This document shows positions 26,786-36,052 of a stretch of 64,000 nt of DNA, in pieces (the stretch's first letter is position 1; each line of letters begins with the position of its first letter). Location of the stretch: IMG/VR virus record IMGVR_UViG_3300036823_000301, positions 1 through 64,000 of that record; one strand, given 5' to 3'. The notes below the pieces were generated by a model. The model saw nothing but the letters and a program-made list of their open reading frames with translations. It was not told the DNA's origin and did no database searches. Made by a program: the position numbers and the translations under genes. This DNA comes from a virus.

Positions 26786-28228
26786 ATGATCTCTTTGACC
26801 TATCCGGCGTCTGCCAACGGCACTACGGCTGGTCCGTCAGGCATAGCGATCAATGATACAAACAGCACAAGTTGGGTAATCACTGGCCCCAGCAACGAGA
26901 TTGAGCGGCTCTCGCCTACTACTGGTGGCGTCCTCGACGCGTCCACATCGAATGTGGACGCCCTTACCTTAGTGAATGGGGTGATCTGGCAGCAAGCACA
27001 CCCTAGCTGGGCACCGACGACGGCCTATTGGTTCAAGTGGACTGGAAGCGGTTGGAGCGCCGGCCAGACCGCTTCCCCGTTAGCTGGCGTGCCAAGCACC
27101 GACGGCAGCTACATTGGCACGCCGCCTGCTGGCACGCTCGGCACCAACGTCACGGACCAGCTCCTGGTCGATAATCAGGGGAATGTCTGGGGGTTGGTGA
27201 ATGGGCAAGTAACCGAAAACGGTGTGATTGATAAGACCACCGACGGCGTCCAGGCACTAGAAATTCACAATGGCGTTCTCTGGCAGGAAGCAGTCCCAAG
27301 CTGGGGTAATGGCAACGACTACTTCTTCCAGTGGACGGGGAAGACCTGGGGGACGGGCACCCTCGTGTCCCCCCTGCCCGAGCCGGAAGTTTGGGTGGGC
27401 GGCGGCAACAACAACGCATCCAATCCAACTGACTGGTTACAGGGACACGTCCCGCAAGCAAGTGAAGGTCTCGCGGATATTCTCAGCGGCACCATCAATG
27501 TGCACGGCAACGATATGGTCAACGACACCTTGCATATTGCGGGTCCCGAAGATTTTATTGGCCCGACGTCAGCCACGACCATCAATCTCTTCGCGCAGCC
27601 CGCGTTCAATATGACCGTTGGTCAGGGGGCATCTGCGATTACAATCAATATTGAGAATCAGTCGCGGTGGACAGGGGGTATCAACACGAATCCATTCGCG
27701 ACCGACAGCGTCGTGAATGGTCCAGGCGTCTGGCAGAACACAAATTCATCCATCGAGCGTGGGCTCGCGGTCAACGCGCCAGTCGCCAGTGTCGGTGGGA
27801 TCTTCGACTTGGCTGGTAATCATGGTGGGACGCCAACCTTGGAATTCATGCAGAGTGTTGTTGGCCAGACGGTCTACGTGGAAGGTGGTTCCTACGCCAA
27901 CGTCCCCAGCGCGCTGAAAATTGACGACCCCAAGGATTTCCAATCGTCAATCCAGCTGGGATTTGGCTCCATCGATCTGAAAGGCATTCTGGCTTCGATG
28001 TACCAGTTCGATGGTAAGACCTTGACCCTCTATAATGCAGCCAATCAGAAGGTAGAGACGCTGAATCTAGCACTGGACACCAATCCGACGGCTCATAGCG
28101 GCGGTTTTGGAGCCACCCATCTGGGGGTATTCCAAGTTGGCTCGGACGTGGTTATCGCTGGCAATAGCCAGAACTACAATTCCTACACACCGGCAGCGGG
28201 ATCGATCGCTCTGCCAATACATGCCTGA
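26786..28228 (+). CDS. beta-rich adhesin/lectin-like protein with two Trp-rich repeats
   Basis: Repeat GV.D.TT..V.AL...NGV.WQ.A.PSW....YWF.WTG..W x2; C-terminal LKIDDP..F...I.....IDLKG. Confidence 0.65.
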   Translation: MISLTYPASANGTTAGPSGIAINDTNSTSWVITGPSNEIERLSPTTGGVLDASTSNVDALTLVNGVIWQQAHPSWAPTTAYWFKWTGSGWSAGQTASPLAGVPSTDGSYIGTPPAGTLGTNVTDQLLVDNQGNVWGLVNGQVTENGVIDKTTDGVQALEIHNGVLWQEAVPSWGNGNDYFFQWTGKTWGTGTLVSPLPEPEVWVGGGNNNASNPTDWLQGHVPQASEGLADILSGTINVHGNDMVNDTLHIAGPEDFIGPTSATTINLFAQPAFNMTVGQGASAITINIENQSRWTGGINTNPFATDSVVNGPGVWQNTNSSIERGLAVNAPVASVGGIFDLAGNHGGTPTLEFMQSVVGQTVYVEGGSYANVPSALKIDDPKDFQSSIQLGFGSIDLKGILASMYQFDGKTLTLYNAANQKVETLNLALDTNPTAHSGGFGATHLGVFQVGSDVVIAGNSQNYNSYTPAAGSIALPIHA

Positions 28229-28322
28229 AAATGTTTCGTAAGTGACGTTTTTGCCTTAGCAGCGACTACACGTGTTAGGTATATTTAATCCTGTCACGTA
28301 AACAGCGCAGAAATGGTCTTCT

Positions 28323-28688
28323 ATGGTTAAGGTCCTAATCGTAGAAGACCTACACATCAGTAGGAAATTGGTTATCCGCATGCTTTATGGCAGCGGCTAT
28401 GATGTCACAGAAGCCGATAGTGGGGTTCAGGCCCTGTTGCTGTATGAGCAGGGTCACCGCTTTGATGTCGTGATCACGGATATTGCGATGCCAGGTGGAA
28501 TTGATGGCATCGATCTAGCAGAGGCTGTACGTCAGATCGACAGTAAGGCACGAATCATATTTATATCGGGATATGCAGGCGTAGATTGGACGATTTTAGA
28601 AGAGCTTAATGCAAGTTTTATTGGTAAACCATTTCGACGTAAGGAATTACTGGATCATTTACGTCTAAAATTGCAAGGATCACAATGA
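28323..28688 (+). CDS. single-domain response regulator (CheY-like receiver)
   Basis: VLIVED, VVITDIAMPG..DG (phospho-Asp), IIFISGY, KPF. Confidence 0.92.
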   Translation: MVKVLIVEDLHISRKLVIRMLYGSGYDVTEADSGVQALLLYEQGHRFDVVITDIAMPGGIDGIDLAEAVRQIDSKARIIFISGYAGVDWTILEELNASFIGKPFRRKELLDHLRLKLQGSQ

Positions 28689-28882
28689 TAGAATTTTCTC
28701 AAGAACACTCCGATGCTATCGAAGCGATGAAAAATCAATTGCTCATCGTGCTCATAAAACGTTTAGGAGGAAAAATCAAAATACCAGTGGCAGAAATTGA
28801 TGGGACTGGACAGGATCTATTGTTAATGCGGCTAGACCAAGAGCAGCATCGATTCGAATTCGTCGTGAAAAAGAAGAATTGA
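28685..28882 (+). CDS. hypothetical protein
   Basis: ATGA-coupled ORF. Confidence 0.55.
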   Translation: MIEFSQEHSDAIEAMKNQLLIVLIKRLGGKIKIPVAEIDGTGQDLLLMRLDQEQHRFEFVVKKKN

Positions 28883-29049
28883 TGCGGCTTATAACTATCT
28901 TTGATTACCTATCACTTCCAGGACTGCTTGAATTTTTTCAGGATGCTCTTGTATTTATAAGCGCATGGCTCTGTCGAAAAGCGCACGTGCGTCGCATGAT
29001 AAAGAATCTCGTGGCGCTGCGTGATGACCTAACGAACCTCAAATCGTGA
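28882..29049 (+). CDS. hypothetical 55-aa protein (not in ORF track)
   Basis: TGATG overlap with the upstream gene; MRLITIFDYLSLPGLLEFF... Confidence 0.4.
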   Translation: MRLITIFDYLSLPGLLEFFQDALVFISAWLCRKAHVRRMIKNLVALRDDLTNLKS

Positions 29050-29144
29050 GATCGCACATGGAACCGCAAATGTATGAGAGTCCGCTAACAGCGATCAATA
29101 CTAGACTCACTGAGATAAACGATCGGTTAGATGCGCACGACGCG

Positions 29145-29570
29145 CTACTTAACCGATTGCGCGATAACTTTAACGATCTCATTTCCGTAATGAGAGACGA
29201 TAGCCGACACGACAGCGGAGGCTGCACATAAGATGCCAGCGGCAACCTTCCAACTACCTTTCCAGGTTTGGATCGTGACCTCATGACTGTCTACACGTTT
29301 CTGCAATTCTTCAAGATCACCGTCGATGTGTCCAATTTGTTCTTGAAGTTTGCTGAAACGTTCGTGCAATGTTTTGCGAAATTCAATAAAAGTTGCATTT
29401 AATTCAGTGCTAGAGGCCAAGCCGCGATCACTGCGTTCGAGGATTTTTTGTAGGTCGGAAGCAGTTTGCAAATTGGTCGCGGCCTGTTGCTGTGAAAAGG
29501 CTCGCAATTCACCGATCACGGTCGATATTTCGCTGAGATCTGAATTGCGAAACATGGAGCCTATTGTCAA
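29145..29570 (-). CDS. coiled-coil protein with a C-terminal TM helix (lysis-region, holin/XhlA-like)
   Basis: Heptads followed by the hydrophobic segment WKVAAGILCAASAVVSAIV. Confidence 0.6.
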   Translation of the reverse strand: MTIGSMFRNSDLSEISTVIGELRAFSQQQAATNLQTASDLQKILERSDRGLASSTELNATFIEFRKTLHERFSKLQEQIGHIDGDLEELQKRVDSHEVTIQTWKGSWKVAAGILCAASAVVSAIVSHYGNEIVKVIAQSVK

Positions 29571-29600
29571 TCTAAGTTACCTAGTCCCCATGACACAATT

Positions 29601-29765
29601 TTAATAGAATCGGTGCCCCAGTAAGGCTAAAATTAAAAAGATGACAACTACGGTTATGATGATACCACCAAAGGGTGCTCCACCATAGTAGCCGGCATTG
29701 TAGCCATAGAATCCGCCGCCGCAGAGCACGAAAATAAGAACGATTATGAGGATGAGGCTAAGCAT
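29601..29765 (-). CDS. DUF3309-like 54-aa two-TM membrane protein (not in ORF track)
   Basis: MLSLILIIVLIFVLCGGGFYGYNAGYYGGAPFGGIIITVVVIFLILALLGHRFY*. Confidence 0.7.
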   Translation of the reverse strand: MLSLILIIVLIFVLCGGGFYGYNAGYYGGAPFGGIIITVVVIFLILALLGHRFY

Positions 29766-30540
29766 GCCGGTGTCCTGTCATTTTCATAGATGACATAAGA
29801 GATTCAAGATCTGCGACGCTCATGCCAAGTGGTGTTTTACCGGTAGTATTGACCCAGTTTGGGTCCACCAGACCGTAAGCTTCTTCCGTTTGTTTTTGGA
29901 AGAATTCCCACGTCATCTGATACTTCTGGCCCCAGCTGATCAGATTGACATACTGAGCATCATAACCGGCAAGGATGACAGCATGACCACCGAGACTGGT
30001 CGCCTTCGGATCATACTGCCATATGGCAGGGGGGTCGGCATTATCTGGCATCACATTACTTGCCACATCGAAGCCGATGTAACAAACTCCGCATGAATTG
30101 ATAGTGCGCTTGATGTCATCCGCGTTACGTACGTCTACTTCGATCCAGGCGGCCAGCTTGTCCGGGCCGTATACCCCTGGCACCCCCTGAATCATCCAAT
30201 CCGTGAGCACAGTCTGCTCATCGCCCCCCTGATCTGTGTTCGGGTCCTTGGGGTCGTAAGCACAAAATGATTCATAGATCTGAAGGACATCGGCATCAGG
30301 GTTAGTCAATATTTGCCCGCTGGCACCAAAAGACCACACTTGAATAGCGTGGTAAACTGCGGAGCACGTGCAACAACCCAGGGAATCATTCAACATTACG
30401 CCGAGGGCGGCCGGCATTTTGGCTAAATAGTTGACCGAGACAGGGGGAGGCGGTAGTTGTTGCCCCCCGATGAGCGCACTCATGTGCGGAATTCGTGGGT
30501 CAAATCGCCGTGGCTTACGCCCGGTCTTAAATTTCGGCAT
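29758..30540 (-). CDS. papain-like (C1-type) cysteine peptidase
   Basis: ND.LGCCT (Cys), GGHAVILAGYD (His), ISWG. Confidence 0.8.
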   Translation of the reverse strand: MPKFKTGRKPRRFDPRIPHMSALIGGQQLPPPPVSVNYLAKMPAALGVMLNDSLGCCTCSAVYHAIQVWSFGASGQILTNPDADVLQIYESFCAYDPKDPNTDQGGDEQTVLTDWMIQGVPGVYGPDKLAAWIEVDVRNADDIKRTINSCGVCYIGFDVASNVMPDNADPPAIWQYDPKATSLGGHAVILAGYDAQYVNLISWGQKYQMTWEFFQKQTEEAYGLVDPNWVNTTGKTPLGMSVADLESLMSSMKMTGHRHA

Positions 30541-31351
30541 CTTCAGCCTCCGTCAGCGTAATGAGCCCCGAACAGGGGTCTTCTGGGTGGACGCCCAGCA
30601 AATTCATACCGAACTTGTAAAGCTTGTTGTAGCCAAGTGGGCGCAACACTTCCGCGAGCTCATCGACGGGAGTCTTCACCCATTCTATAAACAGCATTGG
30701 TTTACAACGCTTAATTGTCGATTTGGCCCCACTGACAACCGCATTTTCCATCCCTTCGACATCGATTTTCATGAGATCGACGCGCGGTAGGTCCAATTCA
30801 TCGAGCGGGACGACATCCATCAGATATCCCCCTGTTTCCGTCCGATCAACAGCGGCTCCAAGGTACTGATGTTCGGTCCGACGGGGATGCAGCCACAGCT
30901 CCAAGCCGCCAAAGTTTTGGCACACCGCTGGGTCGAGATCCGGCACGCGGATTTGCCCACGAATATCGCCTACGGCGATATTGAAGGCCATCGCATTGAG
31001 ACAGTTGTTGAGCACAAGATTGCCGCACAGCGCGTAGTAGGACCAGCGCTGAGCTTCGAACGCGAACACCCGCCCCCACCCTGTCATAGAACGCGCCCAG
31101 GCCACTGTGTGCGGCCCGATGTTTGCGCCGATGTCCAGTGCCACTACGCCGTCACCATGAGCCTGACGGCGCACAGCAAGCAGCTTGGCGATCATGTCGC
31201 GCTCGGGAGCCTCATAGTTGGCGGTATCCAACAGCTCCAAGCCAAGACCATAGGTCTGTTGAAGTTCTTCGTCGGCATGCCAATCGAATCGATTGACAAG
31301 CATCGACCCCTGGTCAGTGCTGACCAGGACAAAAGGCGACCTGGAGGGCAT
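30527..31351 (-). CDS. FkbM-family SAM-dependent methyltransferase
   Basis: LDIGANIG, VFAFEAQ, NFGG, LMKIDVEGME, KPMLFIE; start 31351 (TGATG overlap). Confidence 0.9.
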   Translation of the reverse strand: MPSRSPFVLVSTDQGSMLVNRFDWHADEELQQTYGLGLELLDTANYEAPERDMIAKLLAVRRQAHGDGVVALDIGANIGPHTVAWARSMTGWGRVFAFEAQRWSYYALCGNLVLNNCLNAMAFNIAVGDIRGQIRVPDLDPAVCQNFGGLELWLHPRRTEHQYLGAAVDRTETGGYLMDVVPLDELDLPRVDLMKIDVEGMENAVVSGAKSTIKRCKPMLFIEWVKTPVDELAEVLRPLGYNKLYKFGMNLLGVHPEDPCSGLITLTEAEDAEI

Positions 31352-31665
31352 CAGGTTTTGCTGGAAACGAGCGACGTGATGGGTGCTGTGGTGATATAGC
31401 GCATGCCGTAACTGGCGCCGAGCACGATCAAACCATCGATCAAACTTGTCGTGGCTTCGCTCCAGCCGAGGCCATAACGACTCACCAGCCAGCCGAGCAC
31501 AGCCGCTCCAAGCACACCCCAAGGCGTCTTGGACGCGATCAACGCCTTGCCGGTCAATTGCGTAGCAAGATCCGGATCAATGGCTTTGAATTTTTCAATC
31601 AGATCCGTCAGAGAACGTGCATCACTAACTGCGATGTCAACAAGTGAAGTGTTATATCTAGCCAC
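31351..31665 (-). CDS. putative holin
   Basis: Two hydrophobic helices; directly after the endolysin; AGGAG RBS before GTG 31665. Confidence 0.55.
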   Translation of the reverse strand: MARYNTSLVDIAVSDARSLTDLIEKFKAIDPDLATQLTGKALIASKTPWGVLGAAVLGWLVSRYGLGWSEATTSLIDGLIVLGASYGMRYITTAPITSLVSSKT

Positions 31666-32206
31666 GATAACCAACTCCTGTCGGGATGTAATGTTCGTCC
31701 GGATACCAGGAACCGGCAAAGAGTTTTTCCTGGTCGGAAACGGAAATACGTTGGACATGATCCATATCCACAAAATGACCTGGAGTGGATTCGCCCCAGT
31801 CACCACCCCACACTAAACCATGCTTTCGCGCAAGATCCCCTAGCAATCGAAAATTACCTTGCCAAGACGGCTGTCCATAATCGTCAAAGACAATATCGCA
31901 GCCGAGGCCGTAGTGATGCACGCCGACATTTTTGAGTTGGGTTGAACCCTGGCTAAATAGATATTGTTGACGTTGTGGGCTGCGATAGGTTTCGAACACC
32001 ATCAATGAGTAACCAAGTCCTGAAGCATCAGAAATAATACTGTCCACCGCCGCACGGGTGACTGGCTCCAAATAGGTCGTGTCAGATACACGCGTAGTGT
32101 TCTGGAAATACTTAGATTTTAACAAGAAATCTGTATAGAAATTTCCATTCGCGGTGGGCGCTGCCTTCACTTGTTCAATTGTACGATACATTATTAAACC
32201 TTTCAA
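31658..32206 (-). CDS. endolysin, M15 family (L-Ala-D-Glu type) peptidase
   Basis: ETYRS..RQ, HHYGLGCD, WGGDW, DMDHVQ. Confidence 0.88.
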   Translation of the reverse strand: MKGLIMYRTIEQVKAAPTANGNFYTDFLLKSKYFQNTTRVSDTTYLEPVTRAAVDSIISDASGLGYSLMVFETYRSPQRQQYLFSQGSTQLKNVGVHHYGLGCDIVFDDYGQPSWQGNFRLLGDLARKHGLVWGGDWGESTPGHFVDMDHVQRISVSDQEKLFAGSWYPDEHYIPTGVGYRG

Positions 32207-32209
32207 TAT

Positions 32210-32683
32210 TTAGATATATGCGTAGGCGGCGATGCGGTGGCCTCCCGTATCTGCGGTCCAAGTGATCGCATTTGTCGTCGGCCCGATGGTGACTGTATGA
32301 CCGGGGGGGATCTCCATAGAGGTCGATCCCCCTGTGTCTTGCGCGACACCAACAGGATCGACCCAGATACTCTCGACTGAACCAATCCCCTGCCCAATCG
32401 GGCTTAAAGGATTACAGATGACGACTGTAATACCTGGTATGACCACAGACTGCTGCAAACTCTGTGGCACTGTGGAGGCAACCAGAACCAGATTTCCGGT
32501 AACGCTAATCGGTGTAATAGTGCGGCCCATCACCGGCAATGCGTGCGTACTGTCCACCGGCCAGCCATTTGATCTGGGCACTGTCTGTGGAATGACATTA
32601 CCGGATGTATCCATCATCCAATCGGCCGCGCGCTGCACGCCGCTACCGTCTACAATGTCAACAATTGCTGGCATATCAGCCAT
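32210..32683 (-). CDS. hypothetical virion protein
   Basis: 157-aa beta-rich ORF in the late operon. Confidence 0.55.
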   Translation of the reverse strand: MADMPAIVDIVDGSGVQRAADWMMDTSGNVIPQTVPRSNGWPVDSTHALPVMGRTITPISVTGNLVLVASTVPQSLQQSVVIPGITVVICNPLSPIGQGIGSVESIWVDPVGVAQDTGGSTSMEIPPGHTVTIGPTTNAITWTADTGGHRIAAYAYI

Positions 32684-32693
32684 TTGAACCTCG

Positions 32694-33110
32694 TTAGCCC
32701 CAGATCATCGTCATCCAGGAATTTTGTGGTTTACCAAAATCGATTGACGGCACATAGGTCCAAGTTGTCGAGCTGCCAAAGCCGGCGACAGGGGGATCGA
32801 GGATGGGCCATATGGCAAATACCCGATCGATGTAAATCCAGCACTGATATTCGATTGGCAGCGTGCCGAATGGGGTCACATCGACCTTGACAAGGTAACT
32901 GCGTCCAGCTTGCCCCCCGGATAAGCTGAATTCCACCAGATCCCCAGCAACATTGAGCGCATTGATCGTGAGCTCTCCTGCCCCACTCGGTTGCACCCAA
33001 GCCTCGACTTGCTGAAGACTGACTCCCAGGAGATCTTCCGAGATGTCCAAGCCATAAGTGCGTGTGGACCCAGGCTCTTTTCCTGGCCAACGGAGACAGC
33101 GGGAGCTCAT
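32694..33110 (-). CDS. putative fibre-tail adaptor protein
   Basis: WPGKEP...YGLD...LSGGQAGRSY.V. Confidence 0.5.
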   Translation of the reverse strand: MSSRCLRWPGKEPGSTRTYGLDISEDLLGVSLQQVEAWVQPSGAGELTINALNVAGDLVEFSLSGGQAGRSYLVKVDVTPFGTLPIEYQCWIYIDRVFAIWPILDPPVAGFGSSTTWTYVPSIDFGKPQNSWMTMIWG

Positions 33111-33113
33111 AGG

Positions 33114-33704
33114 TTACTCCACCACAACAGCCGCTACCGGAGTCGGTAGGGTGGTTGCTCCGAATGGGTTGCCGTCAGCGATTAGATAAAGAGTGGAAAC
33201 ATGGCTGGCGATCGCACTGGCCACTTGTAGATATTGAGAAATCGTAAACAAATGCCACGAACCGGCAGAATCCAGCATCGGATAGGTCAACGTTCCACCT
33301 GGAAACATCCCTGTCGCCGCGACCGCTGTGACGACTGCATTGAGCCGACTTTGAGTCTGTGGATCGATTGGAAACAGAGTGGGGTCGAGATTGATGGCAC
33401 CGCTGATGCTAATCGTCAGACCAGCACTGGACGCGATCACCGCAGCCTGAGAAATGCTCAAGACAGGGGGAGTCGGGGTGTACGGGACCAGATTGCCGTC
33501 CTGATCGACGCCCCAATTTTGCAAATTTTGACGACCAGACCATTGAGTCGGAGTCAACTGCACAAGAGATGCCCAGTTCGGTAAATTTCCATAAGCAAAA
33601 GCGTCTGTATCATACCAACCAACGACGGGCGAGATCGGCGTGATGCGTGTGTCAATTTCTGCGTATTGTGGCATATCAGCTTCCAATGGCCAAGATGACA
33701 ACAC
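33114..33704 (-). CDS. tail fibre assembly/accessory protein (DUF4376-like)
   Basis: VVGWYDTD N-terminus, helical C-terminus; follows the tail fibre. Confidence 0.6.
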   Translation of the reverse strand: MLSSWPLEADMPQYAEIDTRITPISPVVGWYDTDAFAYGNLPNWASLVQLTPTQWSGRQNLQNWGVDQDGNLVPYTPTPPVLSISQAAVIASSAGLTISISGAINLDPTLFPIDPQTQSRLNAVVTAVAATGMFPGGTLTYPMLDSAGSWHLFTISQYLQVASAIASHVSTLYLIADGNPFGATTLPTPVAAVVVE

Positions 33705-35337
33705 CCATGGTGGCAGCTACTTGATAGGCTGTGGTTACCTGCACTTGAGAAGTAGAAAATGGCTCAACACAAATGCTACCGGGGTTGTTCGCTTGCGGTG
33801 GACTGTTTCCCAGAAAACTCACGATTGCACCCAGATTGTTATTAGGAAACGCAACCGGAAGATTGATTAGTGTTGAAACTAATCCACCACCAGCCGGCAC
33901 TGATGCCGATACCCATTGATGGATCAGGCCGGATGGTTGACGTTCCCAGCCAAAATTAATCGCAGAAAATGTTGTGGTCCAATCGCTTATAATCGGGCAT
34001 TGATTAATATCACCCTTATTCAAGGCGCCTACGGCAGATCGGACTTTGCCGCCAGATGTGATATCGCTGCTGGCAGTTACGACACCCGTAATCGCGGCAC
34101 CATTCAAGATAGTGACACCGCCGGCAATGCCAACATTACCGCCTAATGTGGTTCCAGCGCCCGTGAGATCGATGTTGACAGCGCCTGTTGTCAAAGACCA
34201 TAGGAATGGCCGGAAACTGTTTGGAACCCCAGTCGAATTGCCATTGGCAGTTTGTAGTAAATAACCGAATTGTCCGTCGTTACGAAAACCTATACCATAG
34301 CCAGCATCAATAGCGCGAAAATTGAAACCACCGGAATCAAATCCGTTTGATGTCATACCAGTTGTTGAACTGACGGAGGCCAGCGTGGTTATGTTGCCAG
34401 ATGCGGCGATTCCCCCCTGTACAACGATATTCCCCCCAAAATTGACACCAGCGCCGGTATCATCGATACGCACCGCACCGGTTGTGAAAATCCAGTAGAA
34501 CGGCCGGAGCGTGGTATATTGGCCAAATTGATTGCCGGAGGCGGTCTGGAGTAAGTAGCCACCGACCCCATCATTACGAAAACCAGCGCCAAAATTGCCA
34601 GCGATCGCCCGCAAATTGAGACCACCAGCATCGACCCCTGTGGTCAGGTAGCCGGTCCCCGCGCTCACTCCTGCCGTTGCGACCAGAGAGTTTGCTGTCG
34701 CACTGGTGGCTACTGTAATCGAGGATTGGAATGCCGCAGATGTGGCGAATATTTGTGATTGAGTCCACGTGTTCGCTTTTAGATTCAGCGGCCCAGTGAC
34801 AGTAGACATTAGCTCATAACTGATGCCATCAAATAATATGATCGCAAGTGAATTTGCAATTAATTGATTGTTTGACAAAATTGAACCATCAGGATTGATG
34901 ATTCGAATAGCGCCGAGCGCATTCACATTTAACGTCGCCGTGCCAGTGTTGCTGTTAGCAATTTTGACAATAATTGGCGTGCCGCTTAAACCAGACAGGA
35001 GCCCGGTGTATTGAGGTAGATTGATAACAAGATTATTCACATTTCCAGTATCTTGAGCGAAAAACCGACTCTGTGTATGAAACAGCGCTAAAAAGTTCTG
35101 CTCGATTGTTTGAATCGTGCCGTCGTCAATAACGTCAACATCAAGCACATCTGAGATCGCTTGTGCAATCGCAGCAGTTATGATCGAGCTTTGACGCCAA
35201 ACCTTATTCAACTGATCGGCAAAAGCCGTGCCCTGGCTGAACCCTACAGGCAGCCAGTTAGAGGCGAGAAAGTCGCTTTGACTGACAACGTTAGCGTCGG
35301 CAGAGCCGGCGAAAGGAGCGAAGTCCTGCTGTGGCAT
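33676..35337 (-). CDS. tail fibre protein
   Basis: N-terminal DFAPFA...ANVVSQ...NKVWRQ baseplate anchor, internal repeats (FRNDG...LLQTA), C-terminal PSGLIHQW...LPVAFPN domain. Confidence 0.85.
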   Translation of the reverse strand: MPQQDFAPFAGSADANVVSQSDFLASNWLPVGFSQGTAFADQLNKVWRQSSIITAAIAQAISDVLDVDVIDDGTIQTIEQNFLALFHTQSRFFAQDTGNVNNLVINLPQYTGLLSGLSGTPIIVKIANSNTGTATLNVNALGAIRIINPDGSILSNNQLIANSLAIILFDGISYELMSTVTGPLNLKANTWTQSQIFATSAAFQSSITVATSATANSLVATAGVSAGTGYLTTGVDAGGLNLRAIAGNFGAGFRNDGVGGYLLQTASGNQFGQYTTLRPFYWIFTTGAVRIDDTGAGVNFGGNIVVQGGIAASGNITTLASVSSTTGMTSNGFDSGGFNFRAIDAGYGIGFRNDGQFGYLLQTANGNSTGVPNSFRPFLWSLTTGAVNIDLTGAGTTLGGNVGIAGGVTILNGAAITGVVTASSDITSGGKVRSAVGALNKGDINQCPIISDWTTTFSAINFGWERQPSGLIHQWVSASVPAGGGLVSTLINLPVAFPNNNLGAIVSFLGNSPPQANNPGSICVEPFSTSQVQVTTAYQVAATMGVVILAIGS

Positions 35338-35346
35338 TATTAATCC

Positions 35347-35883
35347 TTACGGTGACACTTTTTGAAATTGTGTGCCGTCATAAATTAATTGTATTATGCC
35401 CCCGGCAGCGATTGCTGAATTACCAAGCGCACTTAATGTGTTGGTCGTTACGGCGGCCCCACCTAAGCTATTGACATTAATGGTAGTTGCGCCCGTATTA
35501 GTCGCCGCTACTTTAACACGAAGCGGCATCCCAATCATCTGTGACAAACTAGAAGGTGGTGGACTCAGAGTTACGACGATGGTGTTGGTCGTTCCAGCGT
35601 CCACAACGTATAGGTTAGGTTCCCGTAGAGCGGCAACAAAGTTATGCTCGATCGTCGTAATCGAGCCGTCGTCAATGACGTCTACTTGGCTAATATCCAC
35701 AATAGTCTGTGCAATCATCGAAGCGATGATGCTCGCCTGTCGCCAGACTTTGTTGAATTGTGCCGAGCTGGAAATACCTGACGAGAAACCAGAGTTAATA
35801 AATGTCGCTGTTGCATACTCAAGTTGTGAAATGACGTTGGCACCTGACTCCGTCGCAAAGGTTTTGAAATCATTTTCTGACAT
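35347..35883 (-). CDS. short tail-fibre paralog (anchor domain plus one module)
   Basis: NDFKTFA...ANVISQ...FNKVWRQ, paralogous to the N-terminus of 33676..35337. Confidence 0.75.
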   Translation of the reverse strand: MSENDFKTFATESGANVISQLEYATATFINSGFSSGISSSAQFNKVWRQASIIASMIAQTIVDISQVDVIDDGSITTIEHNFVAALREPNLYVVDAGTTNTIVVTLSPPPSSLSQMIGMPLRVKVAATNTGATTINVNSLGGAAVTTNTLSALGNSAIAAGGIIQLIYDGTQFQKVSP

Positions 35884-36052
35884 TATTCATCATCCTCGCT
35901 TATAAGACCGCGTTTAATGAAAACGCCACGCAGACACGAATAAATTTTCCACCATGTCCGCCAACGCTGCATATGTTCGACCTGTCGAATGAGATCCGCA
36001 TGACCCTTTATAGCTGACAAGACCTTGTTCTTGAAGTGATCTTCGGCGTCCG

